A DNA stretch of 64,000 nt, from the NCBI GenBank assembly GCA_902634185.1, contig CACPJC010000004.1, positions 32,001 to 96,000 of the forward strand. The letters are read 5' to 3'. This DNA comes from an uncultured Candidatus Actinomarina sp. (GTDB lineage: Bacteria > Actinomycetota > Acidimicrobiia > Actinomarinales > Actinomarinaceae). Every line of letters begins with the position of its first letter. Position 1 is the stretch's first letter. Both the position numbers and the translations under genes were made by a program. The notes under the pieces are model-generated. The model made no database searches. It had not been told where the DNA came from and was given only the letters and a program-made list of their open reading frames with translations. Positions 19,250 to 29,536 of the stretch are shown here, piece by piece.

Positions 19250-21776
19250 TAATGAAATAAGAGAAGAGTTTTTAAAATTCTTTGAACAAAATAATCACAA
19301 GATTATGTCATCAGCGTCATTGATACCTATAGACGAAACCTTACTGTTTACTGCCGCTGGAATGGTTCCATTTAAAGATTATTTTCTAGGTAACAATAAA
19401 CCGCCACATACAAATCTTGTTTCATCACAAAAATGCCTAAGAACAGTTGATATTGATATTATCGGTGACACAGATCGTCATCTTACTTTTTTTGAAATGC
19501 TTGGAAATTTTAGTATTGGAGAATATTTTAAAGAACAAGCAATAAAACATGCATATGAATTTATAACCAAAAATTTAGGAATTAATCCAGATGACTTATG
19601 GTTTACAGTCTATAAAGATGACGACGAATCATTCAATATTTGGAAAGACGTAATAGGTGTTCCTGAAGAAAGAATACAGAGAGGTGATAAAGACAATTTT
19701 TGGCAAATGAATATCCCTGGACCTTGTGGACCGTGCTCTGAAATATTTATAGATAGAGGACCAGACTATGGAGAAGAAGGCGGTCCAATTGGTGGTGGGG
19801 AAGATAGATTCATAGAAATTTGGAACTTAGTTTTTATGGAATCAATACAAGACAAACCTTACAATGTCGTAGGTGAATTACCTGCAAAAAATATTGATAC
19901 AGGTATGGGACTTGAGCGTATTGCTATGGTTCTTCAAGATAAAGAGTCACCATTTGAAATAGATACATTTGAATCAATTTATGAACAATTAAAACCAAAA
20001 ATTAAAACTACGAATAAAAAATACGAAAGAATCATATTGGATCATATGAAAGCATCAACGTTTATGATTTCAGATGGTGTTGTACCAACAAACGAGGGTA
20101 GAGGATACATTTTAAGAAGGCTAATTAGAAGAGCAATAAGAGCATATTATGGTTTAACAAATGAAATAGAATCTATTGAATTTCTAATATCTCCAATTGT
20201 TGAAATTTACAAAGATCACTATCCAGACCTTTATGAGAATATTGATAAAATTAAGAAACTTTATACTACTGAAGAAAATCTCTTTCACAAGACACTAGAA
20301 AAAGGCACAGTTGAAATAAATAGGCTTATACAAGATAAAGAAAAATTTGATGAGGAAAAAGCATTTTATCTTTTTGAAACTTTCGGTTTTCCATATGAAC
20401 TTACAAAAGAGATTGCATTTGAAAATAATATTCAATTAAATGATGATAAGTATATGAAAAAGTTTCAAGAACATCAGGCTAAATCTAGTGCATTTAAGAA
20501 AGAGATATCAAATATAAGTGAATTTGATGTAGATTGCAACGTTTTTACGGGTTATGAAAATACAAATACCATAAGTGAAGTAACACTAGTCCTGAATAAA
20601 AATAGTACAACAACAATATTTACAGAAGCTACGCCATTTTATTATGAAGCTGGAGGTCAAATATCTGACCAAGGCTCAATAATATTTGAAGATAAAGAAT
20701 ATACGGTAGCTGATGTCGTTCAATCTAGCTCTGGTGCTACTGGCTTAGTAATAAATGAAGATATAAAAATTCAATCAGGAGAAAAAATTGAATCTAAAGT
20801 AAACGAATCATTTAGAAGATCTGTATCTAAAAGTCATACATCTGCACATATAGTTCACTCATCTTTAAGAAAGATTCTTGGTGATCATGTTGCTCAAGCA
20901 GGGTCATATGTTGCTCCTGGAAGATTTAGATTTGACTTTAGTCATTCAGAAAAAGTCACACAGGAAGAACTTAATGAAATCTTCACATTAAGTAATAAAA
21001 ATGTCTTTTCAGATTTAAAAGTAGATACAAAAATAATGAATATTGACGAAGCAAAAAAAGAAGGTGCATTGGCATTTTTTGGTGATAAATATGATGACGA
21101 TGTAAGAGTAGTAAATATCGGGAATTTCTCTAAAGAACTTTGTGGTGGTACTCATGTATCTAATTCAAATGAAATAGGATTAATAGTTTTATTAAATGAG
21201 TCTTCAATTGGCTCAAATCTAAGAAGAGTAGAGATGCTTTCAGGATTTGAAGCTTATGATTTTATGACTAATGCTTACAATTCATATAAAAGTGTAAGCA
21301 ATCTTTTAAATACAAATATAGAAAATGTACCTACAAAACTCGAATCTTTATTTAATTCATATGAGGAACTTAAATCACAGGTTGATCAATTTAAACAAAT
21401 TAGAAACAACGAAATGGTAGATCAGATATCAAATAAATTTGAAAATGTTGGTGATTATAAAGTATTCATAAATCAAATTTCAATGGATACAGTTGATGAT
21501 ATAAGAAATGTAGCTATTAATTCGATCAATAATGGAGTTGTTGATTACATATATTTAATTTCACAAATAGAGTCAAAATTTGTCATAGTTGCTATGAAAA
21601 ATGAGAAAGTTCTTAAAGATATGAATGTATCTGAACTTGTGATAGAAACTTCTAAAAATTTTGGTGGGGGAGCATCAAAAGATCAGGTTTTATCAGTTGG
21701 TGGGGGTCCTAATGATTACTCAATAGATGAAACCCTAAAATATGTTAAAGAATCTATTGTTAACAATATCAAGTGA
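19242..21776 (+). CDS. alaS: Alanine--tRNA ligase
   Basis: FFEMLGNFS, GPCGPCSE, DTGMGLER, HxxxH and CGGTH motifs. Confidence 0.99.
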   Translation: MNSNEIREEFLKFFEQNNHKIMSSASLIPIDETLLFTAAGMVPFKDYFLGNNKPPHTNLVSSQKCLRTVDIDIIGDTDRHLTFFEMLGNFSIGEYFKEQAIKHAYEFITKNLGINPDDLWFTVYKDDDESFNIWKDVIGVPEERIQRGDKDNFWQMNIPGPCGPCSEIFIDRGPDYGEEGGPIGGGEDRFIEIWNLVFMESIQDKPYNVVGELPAKNIDTGMGLERIAMVLQDKESPFEIDTFESIYEQLKPKIKTTNKKYERIILDHMKASTFMISDGVVPTNEGRGYILRRLIRRAIRAYYGLTNEIESIEFLISPIVEIYKDHYPDLYENIDKIKKLYTTEENLFHKTLEKGTVEINRLIQDKEKFDEEKAFYLFETFGFPYELTKEIAFENNIQLNDDKYMKKFQEHQAKSSAFKKEISNISEFDVDCNVFTGYENTNTISEVTLVLNKNSTTTIFTEATPFYYEAGGQISDQGSIIFEDKEYTVADVVQSSSGATGLVINEDIKIQSGEKIESKVNESFRRSVSKSHTSAHIVHSSLRKILGDHVAQAGSYVAPGRFRFDFSHSEKVTQEELNEIFTLSNKNVFSDLKVDTKIMNIDEAKKEGALAFFGDKYDDDVRVVNIGNFSKELCGGTHVSNSNEIGLIVLLNESSIGSNLRRVEMLSGFEAYDFMTNAYNSYKSVSNLLNTNIENVPTKLESLFNSYEELKSQVDQFKQIRNNEMVDQISNKFENVGDYKVFINQISMDTVDDIRNVAINSINNGVVDYIYLISQIESKFVIVAMKNEKVLKDMNVSELVIETSKNFGGGASKDQVLSVGGGPNDYSIDETLKYVKESIVNNIK

Positions 21777-22150
21777 AAAACATAATAGCTATAGATTATG
21801 GTGAACGTTACGTTGGTCTTGCATTAAAAAAACAATCAATAAATTCGGCTTATGCATATAAAGTCCTGGATAGTAAATCTTTGGATGTTTTAGATGAAAT
21901 TAAACAATCATTAATTGATCACGAAATAGATGAGATTGTAATTGGTTATCCAATAGGATTAAATTCTCATCAAACACGTATGAGTAAAGTGGTAGATGAA
22001 TTTATTGAAAATGATCTAAAATCTATAACAACTATTCCAATACATAAAGTTGATGAACGAATGACTTCAAAGTTAACAAATGATAAAACAATAAGAAATG
22101 ATGACTTAGCAGCATTAGAAATACTAAATTCACATTTAAAAAATGATTAA
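21773..22150 (+). CDS. ruvX: YqgF/RuvX pre-16S rRNA nuclease
   Basis: IDYG, VIGYP, DERMTS and D.LAA..IL motifs; alaS-ruvX-mltG synteny. Confidence 0.93.
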   Translation: MKNIIAIDYGERYVGLALKKQSINSAYAYKVLDSKSLDVLDEIKQSLIDHEIDEIVIGYPIGLNSHQTRMSKVVDEFIENDLKSITTIPIHKVDERMTSKLTNDKTIRNDDLAALEILNSHLKND

Positions 22151-23216
22151 TTATTACTTTAAAAATCGACTTGTAATATCTGTTTTATTTACAATATTTG
22201 CTGTATATATTGCAATTAATTTTGCTTCAAATATTGCTTCATCAATAGACCAAACAGCAAGTATCGTTTCAAATAATGATGATATAGAAGAATCAATTAT
22301 TTTAATAAATATTCCACAAGGTGCCTCAGCGGCACAGATTTCATCAATACTTGCACAAGAAGGAATTATATCGTCTTCATTAGCTTTTGAAATATATCTA
22401 AGGAATGAGAATCTTGGTGACAAATTACGAGCTGGAGAATATGAAATTTCAAATAAATTAGAGTTCGAAGAGATAAGTAATATTTTATTAAAGGGACCAC
22501 CATTAAAAACTTACACAATTACTATTCCGGAAGGACTTTGGATAACTGAAACAATAGAATCTATATCTTCTCAAACTGGTTACGATGTAGATCTACTTAC
22601 GAATTCACTTTTATCTGGAAATGTAGAAAGTAAATATGTTTATTTAGGTGATGTTTCAAAGTTACAAAATTGGGAAGGTCTTCTATATCCAAACACTTAT
22701 CAAATAGCTTTAGATGCATCTGGTGAAGAAATTCTACAAATTTTAGTTAATGAACTCGAAGCAGTAATTGATAGATTGCTCGTTACCTATTCAACACCTA
22801 ATTGGATAAATTCTACGAGTGAACTTTTTGCAATTGCTAGTCTTGTTGAAGCTGAATCGAAACTAGAAGAAGACAGACCACTTGTTTCGTCTGTTATAAA
22901 AAACCGATTGTATGATGATATGTTACTTCAAATTGATGCGATGATACTATATGCTCTTCAAGAGCGTAAATCTCAAGTACTACTAATCGATTTACAAGTA
23001 GAATCACCATATAACTCTTATAAATATACTGGTTTACCACCTACTCCTATATCTGGATTTGGTGAGCGATCATTAATTGCAGTATTTGAAACACCAGAGA
23101 CTGATTTTATATACTACTTACTAACAGATAAAAATGGAAAAATGTCATTTACAAATGACTATACAGACTTTATTAATATGAAAAATAAAGCAAAAGAGGA
23201 AGGTGTAATTCCCTAA
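22143..23216 (+). CDS. mltG: Endolytic transglycosylase MltG
   Basis: TIPEG, EGLLYPNTY, ASLVEAE, SPYNSY and GLPPTPI motifs. Confidence 0.96.
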   Translation: MINYYFKNRLVISVLFTIFAVYIAINFASNIASSIDQTASIVSNNDDIEESIILINIPQGASAAQISSILAQEGIISSSLAFEIYLRNENLGDKLRAGEYEISNKLEFEEISNILLKGPPLKTYTITIPEGLWITETIESISSQTGYDVDLLTNSLLSGNVESKYVYLGDVSKLQNWEGLLYPNTYQIALDASGEEILQILVNELEAVIDRLLVTYSTPNWINSTSELFAIASLVEAESKLEEDRPLVSSVIKNRLYDDMLLQIDAMILYALQERKSQVLLIDLQVESPYNSYKYTGLPPTPISGFGERSLIAVFETPETDFIYYLLTDKNGKMSFTNDYTDFINMKNKAKEEGVIP

Positions 23217-23773
23217 TGGTATCTACAAATGATATGAGGCCAGGACAGTCTATATTGGTTGATGGAACTATCTATCAGATAATGGATTATGCCCATGTTA
23301 AGCCCGGAAAAGGAAAAGCTTTTGTTAAAACAAAGCTCAAAAATCTTATTGATGGTGGAATTATAGAAAAAACTTTTAGAGCTGATGAAAATGTTGATCA
23401 AGCTTTTATTGAAAAACAAGAATTTCAATATTTATATAATGAATCTGGAAATTTCATATTTATGAATACAGAAAATTATGAGCAAGTATCATTAAATGCA
23501 AATCTCATTGCAGAAATAGAACTTTTATTAATACCAAATAGCGAGGTAACTATACAAATGTATGAGAATAAACCATTAAATGTACTGTTGCCTTCTAGTG
23601 TTGAATTAAAAGTAACAAAAGCAGAACCAGCTGTTAAGGGTGATACTGTAACATCGTCTACTAAAACAGTCACTTGTGAAACTGGTTTAGAGGTGGTTGT
23701 TCCTATGTTTATTGAAGAAGGTGAAATAATTAAAATTGACACTAAAGATAATTCATACATGACAAGGGTTTAA
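23216..23773 (+). CDS. efp: Elongation factor P
   Basis: HVKPGKG and ETG..V.VP.FI motifs. Confidence 0.99.
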   Translation: MVSTNDMRPGQSILVDGTIYQIMDYAHVKPGKGKAFVKTKLKNLIDGGIIEKTFRADENVDQAFIEKQEFQYLYNESGNFIFMNTENYEQVSLNANLIAEIELLLIPNSEVTIQMYENKPLNVLLPSSVELKVTKAEPAVKGDTVTSSTKTVTCETGLEVVVPMFIEEGEIIKIDTKDNSYMTRV

Positions 23774-24147
23774 TGAAAGATTTTAGACAAATAACATTTG
23801 AAACATTATTTGAAGAAGGCTTAACAAGCTTAAAGGAAAAAGATTTTAATATATCATCATTAAGTGAAAATCAGAATCTAAGAGCAAACCAGTTATTTAA
23901 TAATACAAAAATCAACAGTGAGAGAATTGAAAATTCAATTCGAACTTATTCTGATAATTGGAGTTACGAAAGAATAGGTAAAGTAGAATTAATTACTTTA
24001 ACATTGGGTATTTCAGAATTAATTATGGAGTTATCACCTACAAAAGTTATTATCTCAGAATGGGTAAAGCTTGCAGATAAACATTCTTCTTCACAGTCTG
24101 CAAAATTTGTAAATGGAATACTTGATAAATTATCTCAGGAGATTTAA
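23773..24147 (+). CDS. nusB: Transcription antitermination factor NusB
   Basis: NWSYERI and FVNGILD motifs; follows efp. Confidence 0.92.
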   Translation: MKDFRQITFETLFEEGLTSLKEKDFNISSLSENQNLRANQLFNNTKINSERIENSIRTYSDNWSYERIGKVELITLTLGISELIMELSPTKVIISEWVKLADKHSSSQSAKFVNGILDKLSQEI

Positions 24148-24428
24148 TGAGTGACTCATATATTTTAGAGATTAAAAATAAAAGAAAAGATTTTATCAAC
24201 TCATTTGAAAAAAATATTGAGAACATAGATAATGAACTTATTAGAGCTAGTAACGACAATCAATTAAATTCAATAAGAATACATAAATATCTGACAGAAA
24301 CTGGTGTTCTTGGAAAAGTTAAAACTGCTCGTTTTTTAGATGATATAGGACTTAATGAAAAATCAAAATTATCTGACTTAAACGATAATTACATTGAATC
24401 AATTTCTAACTATGTGAAAAACTCATGA
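24147..24428 (+). CDS. mihF: Actinobacterial integration host factor (mIHF/sIHF, H2TH fold)
   Basis: IRIHKYL...LGKVKTARFL..IGL resembles the mIHF core; immediately upstream of gmk. Confidence 0.8.
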   Translation: MSDSYILEIKNKRKDFINSFEKNIENIDNELIRASNDNQLNSIRIHKYLTETGVLGKVKTARFLDDIGLNEKSKLSDLNDNYIESISNYVKNS

Positions 24429-24955
24429 TTATTATTTTCAGTGGGCCCTCTGGTGTTGGTAAATCAACAATTATTAACAATTTATCAAATGATTTTAATT
24501 TTTATTTTTCTACCTCACATACAACAAGACCTCAAAGGGAATCTGAGATAGAAGGTAAGGATTATTATTTTATATCTGAAGAAGAATTTAATTCAATGAT
24601 AAGTAATGATGAATTTTTAGAATACGAAAGATACGGTAGCTATTATTACGGAACTTCAAAAAAAGAGTTAGAACGAGATGATTTTATTGTCCTCGATCTC
24701 GAAGTAAACGGTGCAACAAAATTGTTAACATCAAATGATTCATATATAGGAATTTTTATAGATATTGATGACAATGTTTTGATTGAAAGATTAAATGAAC
24801 GAGGTCATGATGACCAGTTTATAGAAGAAAGAATGAATTTAGCTAAAGAACAACGGCAATCTATGGGCAACTTTGACTATATAATTAAAAATATAGATTT
24901 AAAGGCTACTATTAAAGAAATATTAGATATATTATATGACCTGGAGAAAAAATGA
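24425..24955 (+). CDS. gmk: Guanylate kinase
   Basis: GPSGVGKS, TTR..R..E..G.DY and YYGT motifs. Confidence 0.97.
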   Translation: MIIIFSGPSGVGKSTIINNLSNDFNFYFSTSHTTRPQRESEIEGKDYYFISEEEFNSMISNDEFLEYERYGSYYYGTSKKELERDDFIVLDLEVNGATKLLTSNDSYIGIFIDIDDNVLIERLNERGHDDQFIEERMNLAKEQRQSMGNFDYIIKNIDLKATIKEILDILYDLEKK

Positions 24956-25179
24956 TAAAACCACCTATTGAAGAACTTTTAGAAAACTCACCTGGCAGAT
25001 TTGCACTTGTTATAACGTCAGCAAGAAGAGCTAAAGATATAAACTCATACTTTAACCAATTAGGTGAAGGTATTGGAGCATATACACCACCTCAAGTACA
25101 AAGTCTTAGTAGAAAACCACTTACCGTTGCTTTTGAAGAGATTGCTTCTGGAAAAGTAGAGGTTAGCGAAAAAGAATAA
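24952..25179 (+). CDS. rpoZ: RNA polymerase omega subunit
   Basis: PPIEELL, RRA..IN.Y and KPL..A.EEI motifs. Confidence 0.95.
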   Translation: MIKPPIEELLENSPGRFALVITSARRAKDINSYFNQLGEGIGAYTPPQVQSLSRKPLTVAFEEIASGKVEVSEKE

Positions 25180-25183
25180 CCTC

Positions 25184-26296
25184 ATGAGCAAAAAAATACT
25201 ACTTGGTATTACTGGTAGTATTGCTGCTTCAAAGTCTGAAAACCTACATTCATTACTTTCAGAAAATAACGAAACTGTAGTCTTTTCAACCGATGAAGGA
25301 TTGAAGTATATTTCAGAGGAATTTCAAAACAAAAATGATATCTTTCATAGTTGGGATCAATTAGATGGATCACCTCATATAGAATATGCAAGATGGGCTG
25401 ATAGTATTGTTATATATCCAGCAACAGCAAATTTTATAAGTAAATTTGCAAATGGTTTGGCTGACAATTTATTACTTTCTACTTTATTGATGTTTGATAA
25501 AGAAATTTATGTTGCTCCTGCAATGCATGAAGAAATGTTTATGGACAATAAAATACAGTCAAACATCATTGATTTAAGCGAAAATGTAATATTTTGTGGT
25601 CCCAGATATGGAAACCTTGATATTGGAGATAAAGGTTTAGGTAGGCTTATCGAACCAATAGAAATGTTTGATATTATATTTAATAAAAAAGAAAAGGTTA
25701 TCGTAACATCAGGTCCAACTTCTGAATATCTTGATGATGTTAGAACAATAACAAACAAATCTTCTGGAAAGCAAGGAAGGGCAGTTGCTATAGAATTGAT
25801 GAGTTTAGGATATGATGTTGTTTACATACATTCGAAAACAATATCTCCTGTTGCTGGAGCTAAAAATATTTCGTTTGATACTTCAAAGGAATTACAGGAA
25901 GCAATGAATATTGAATCAAATAGTACAAAACATTTGTACATGGTTGCTGCTGTTTCTGATTTTATACCTGAAAAAGTAGAAGGAAAAATGAAAAGAACTG
26001 AAGGTAATATGACATTAAATCTGTCACCAAACGTTGATATAGTGAAAGAGTACAAAGAAAAATATAAAATGATAAATGTAATAAGTTTTTCAGCTCAAAC
26101 TAATGATGACCTTAATTTTGAAAAGATTAATGAAAAAAATTCTGATTTTTTAGTTATTAATAATATTAATGATATTTCATTTGGTTCAGACACTAACAAA
26201 GTAACCATAATTAATAAAAAAGACAAAGTGTTTGAATCAGAAGAAAAAAATAAACATATCATTGCTCAAGAGATCATTAAAAATACTTTGATTTAA
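25184..26296 (+). CDS. coaBC: Bifunctional phosphopantothenoylcysteine decarboxylase/synthetase
   Basis: GITGSIAA, PATAN, PAMH, N.SSGKQG and AAVSDF motifs. Confidence 0.96.
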   Translation: MSKKILLGITGSIAASKSENLHSLLSENNETVVFSTDEGLKYISEEFQNKNDIFHSWDQLDGSPHIEYARWADSIVIYPATANFISKFANGLADNLLLSTLLMFDKEIYVAPAMHEEMFMDNKIQSNIIDLSENVIFCGPRYGNLDIGDKGLGRLIEPIEMFDIIFNKKEKVIVTSGPTSEYLDDVRTITNKSSGKQGRAVAIELMSLGYDVVYIHSKTISPVAGAKNISFDTSKELQEAMNIESNSTKHLYMVAAVSDFIPEKVEGKMKRTEGNMTLNLSPNVDIVKEYKEKYKMINVISFSAQTNDDLNFEKINEKNSDFLVINNINDISFGSDTNKVTIINKKDKVFESEEKNKHIIAQEIIKNTLI

Positions 26297-26297
26297 A

Positions 26298-27653
26298 TTG
26301 TTTGCTGATGTAGAAATAATCTCAAATAACACATATAAGTTTCAACTTTTTACATATTCAGTACCTACAAATCTATCTAATAAAATTGATATTGGTTCAA
26401 TAGTTTCAGTGAATTTTAGAAATAGAAAGAAAACTGCTGTTGTTGTAAATATACATAATAAAGATTTAAAAATCAAAACTTTAAAACCTGTTGAAAGGAT
26501 TATTAGTAAGTTAGATCAAGATCAGTTACTTTTTTTAAAACACGTTGCAGTTTCTTATTATTTAAATATTGGTTTTTTAATATTCAATCTATATAAGGAT
26601 ATGAATTTTAAATTAGATAGAAAGATTAAAAATAGTTCATTAAGTATTTATAACAATACAGAAATAGACAAAGTGTTATCCACTAATTCTAAAAATATAA
26701 TCTTTACTCCTTCTTTAAAAGCAACTAAAAATTTATATAAAAATCTATCAGAAAAAGGAATAAAAATAAATTTTTATCAAAAAACAGGTGGCAAAGAGGA
26801 AATCCAAAACGCATTAAGTACAGTTAATAAATTTAACAATTGCATATTACTTGCGAATAATTTTATGAAAATAAAACCACAATCAACTTCAAATTACCAT
26901 TTTTTTGATACCAATGATTATTCTTACAATTTACCAAAATTTAATTCTCTAAACATTATTGAATTGTCAGTACTTAAAAATAAGTACTTTGGAGGAAATT
27001 ATCATTATTACAATGAGTACCCATCTCTAAATTACTTCAATAAAATTAAAAATTATAAAACACCTGATCTAAGTAATGTAGAAATTTATCATGGAAACTC
27101 TTTACAAGATTGTATTGAATTATTTAAAACAAAGCATACTGATAAAAATTTAAAATTATTTTTTCACGACGAGATTCTAAATGAATTACTTAATGATTAC
27201 AAAACTGTAAAAAGTGAGAATGATTTATACGATTTAAATTTATTAGTAAACCCAACAATATCTTTTAAAGGTAAATTGAATTCTGAGCGTTTAATTTTTC
27301 TGTTACGACAAATAGAAAGATCGAAGCGAAATGATAGTATAACGATCATACTTACAACAAAAAATATAAACTTAAAAGAATCCTTAAAGAATTCAAATAT
27401 AACAAAATGGAGCAAAGAAGAGCTAGTATCTAGAAATAAATGGGGACCAAACCTTAATCATAAAGTTTTTAAATTTTCATCTGATTCAATAATTAAATAT
27501 GAAAATGAATATATTTTAGGACCTAAAAAGGTTGATAATTCATATGAATACGAAATCAATATAAATTTATCAAAAGATACTAATTACAATGAAATTACAA
27601 ATATGTATTCAAAACTACTACAGTATGAACCAAGAAAAGTTATTTCTATATGA
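26298..27653 (+). CDS. priA: Degenerate primosomal protein N' (PriA-like pseudohelicase)
   Basis: N-terminal 3'-DNA-binding-domain pattern (FTYSVP...GSIVSVNF) and coaBC-priA-def-fmt synteny. No Walker A, DExH or CxxC motifs. Confidence 0.65.
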   Translation: MFADVEIISNNTYKFQLFTYSVPTNLSNKIDIGSIVSVNFRNRKKTAVVVNIHNKDLKIKTLKPVERIISKLDQDQLLFLKHVAVSYYLNIGFLIFNLYKDMNFKLDRKIKNSSLSIYNNTEIDKVLSTNSKNIIFTPSLKATKNLYKNLSEKGIKINFYQKTGGKEEIQNALSTVNKFNNCILLANNFMKIKPQSTSNYHFFDTNDYSYNLPKFNSLNIIELSVLKNKYFGGNYHYYNEYPSLNYFNKIKNYKTPDLSNVEIYHGNSLQDCIELFKTKHTDKNLKLFFHDEILNELLNDYKTVKSENDLYDLNLLVNPTISFKGKLNSERLIFLLRQIERSKRNDSITIILTTKNINLKESLKNSNITKWSKEELVSRNKWGPNLNHKVFKFSSDSIIKYENEYILGPKKVDNSYEYEININLSKDTNYNEITNMYSKLLQYEPRKVISI

Positions 27654-28147
27654 TGAATGAAATTGTAACTTTTGGTCACCCATCCCTTAAATCTAAATCA
27701 GTAAATATAACTAAATTTGATGAAGCACTAAAAAAATTATCAGAAAGAATGATAAAGATTATGTATGAGGCACCTGGAGTAGGTCTAGCAGCTCCACAAA
27801 TTGGTATAAATAAAAATATTTTTGTTTTTGATGCTGGAGAAGGTCCGAACGTAGCAGTCAATCCAAAGAAAATCGAAGTTGAGGGTTCTGCAGTATTTTT
27901 AGAGGGATGTCTTTCATTACCTGGTTATTATTGGGAAATTGAAAGACCAGAATATTCAAAAATCTACTGTCAAGATATAAACGGTGAAGATATTACATAT
28001 GAAGGGGAAGAGCTTATGGGTAGAGTTCTCCAACATGAATATGACCATTTAAAAGGCAAGCTTTTATTATCATCTTTACCTAGAAAAGAGAGAAAAGAAG
28101 CAATTAAAAAAATTGCACTAAATGGGTTTCCAGGAAATGACTTATAA
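27650..28147 (+). CDS. def: Peptide deformylase
   Basis: GVGLAAPQIG, EGCLS and QHEYDH motifs. Confidence 0.98.
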   Translation: MMNEIVTFGHPSLKSKSVNITKFDEALKKLSERMIKIMYEAPGVGLAAPQIGINKNIFVFDAGEGPNVAVNPKKIEVEGSAVFLEGCLSLPGYYWEIERPEYSKIYCQDINGEDITYEGEELMGRVLQHEYDHLKGKLLLSSLPRKERKEAIKKIALNGFPGNDL

Positions 28148-28949
28148 GTATTTTTTTGGTAGTGACAACAGGAGTATTCCTTACTTAAATACATTGATAG
28201 ATAATTACGATTCAATAAAAGTCGTGACAACAGAGCCTCGGAATACTGGCCGTGGTAGGAAGATTTTATATAATCCGGTTGAAGGTTATTGCAGGAGAAA
28301 TAATGTTGAATTTTCTTACTTTTCTAATTCAAAATATTATGACGATATGGATTTTGGTATCTGCGTAAGTTTTGGTTCTATTTTTTCAAACGATTTTCTA
28401 AATAAACATCCTTCTATATTCAATATTCATTTAAGTATATTGCCTAATCTAGTCGGTCCATCCCCAGTTGAAACAACAATATTAAATGGCGATACACTAT
28501 TTGGATATACCATTTTTAAGATTATTAATGAGGTCGATAGAGGTCCGATACTTTTTAAAAATCAAATTGATATTGTTAACAATTATTCATCAAATGTATA
28601 TCAAGAATTATCTGAAGATTTTAAAATAAATTTTAACAGCATCGACTTTAATTCATCATTGAAAGATCAAGTGGGTGAAGTAACTAGAAGTTATAAATTC
28701 ACCAAAAATGATTATTTAATAAGTAAAGAAGATACGCTAATCATTGCAAAAAATAAAATAAAAGCTTTTGATGTTTTAGGTCCTGCTTTTATTAAATACG
28801 ATTCAAAAATAATTAAAATCCATAAATATACTGAGAATAATTCAACTTTTACATATGAATTAAAAGATGGACTCTTATATTTAGATGAAATAACACCTGA
28901 AGGGAAAAAAAGAATGAAAGCAAATGATTATATGCGTGGTCTTCAATGA
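28137..28949 (+). CDS. fmt: Methionyl-tRNA formyltransferase
   Basis: FFGS, GRGRK, N.H.S.LP and D.GP motifs; start probably the ATG at 28137. Confidence 0.9.
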   Translation: MTYKYFFGSDNRSIPYLNTLIDNYDSIKVVTTEPRNTGRGRKILYNPVEGYCRRNNVEFSYFSNSKYYDDMDFGICVSFGSIFSNDFLNKHPSIFNIHLSILPNLVGPSPVETTILNGDTLFGYTIFKIINEVDRGPILFKNQIDIVNNYSSNVYQELSEDFKINFNSIDFNSSLKDQVGEVTRSYKFTKNDYLISKEDTLIIAKNKIKAFDVLGPAFIKYDSKIIKIHKYTENNSTFTYELKDGLLYLDEITPEGKKRMKANDYMRGLQ

Positions 28950-29536
28950 AAATATCAGCAAGTATTCAGGCATCAAATATATATAATCTTCTTGATGAAT
29001 TAGAAAACTACAAAGATAGTTTTGATCAATTACATGTAGATATTACAGACGGTAATTTCACAGATAATATTTCACTACCAGTTGCAATTATTGAGTACAT
29101 CAAAACTAACACAGAATATGTTGTAGATACACATTTGATGTTAAATAACAACGAATTATTTACTAGCAAAGCGTTTGAATTTGGCTCAGATATAGTAACG
29201 GTACATTGTGAAACAACGTCAGCTGAATTATTTAGTTCACTAGTGAATAAACACAATAACGTTGGAATAGGTATATTACCGAGTACAGATATAAATGTTT
29301 TATCTGATTATATTGATAATGCACATAGCGTATTGTTGCTTACAGTAAATCCGGGATTCTCTAATCAAAGTAAAGCAGTAAATTTATTAGATAGAGTTAC
29401 TGAATTTAAAAATACTTATCCTAATTACTCTAATTTATTAATTGTTGATGGAGGGGTTAAAAATGAAGAACTTCAAACCTTGAGGGATTTAAAAGTTGAT
29501 ATAGCTGTTCAGGGAGGAGCTATATTTGCTAAATAG
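28946..29536 (+). CDS. rpe: Ribulose-phosphate 3-epimerase
   Basis: HVDITDG, DTHLM, V.PGF and VDGG motifs. Confidence 0.93.
   Translation: MKISASIQASNIYNLLDELENYKDSFDQLHVDITDGNFTDNISLPVAIIEYIKTNTEYVVDTHLMLNNNELFTSKAFEFGSDIVTVHCETTSAELFSSLVNKHNNVGIGILPSTDINVLSDYIDNAHSVLLLTVNPGFSNQSKAVNLLDRVTEFKNTYPNYSNLLIVDGGVKNEELQTLRDLKVDIAVQGGAIFAK

Noticed and set aside
21773-22150. RuvX as the replacement Holliday junction resolvase
   Set aside because: YqgF/RuvX is near-universal, sits in its normal locus and is mainly a pre-16S processing nuclease, so it does not explain the ruv-slot gene.
25600-25650. CoaC region lacks the catalytic-loop Cys (GNLDIGD instead of G.LACG)
   Set aside because: As I recall, actinobacterial CoaBC proteins commonly lack Cys at this position, so it is not distinctive.
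29500-29530. FMN riboswitch before the rib operon
   Set aside because: ribD overlaps rpe, leaving no leader space.
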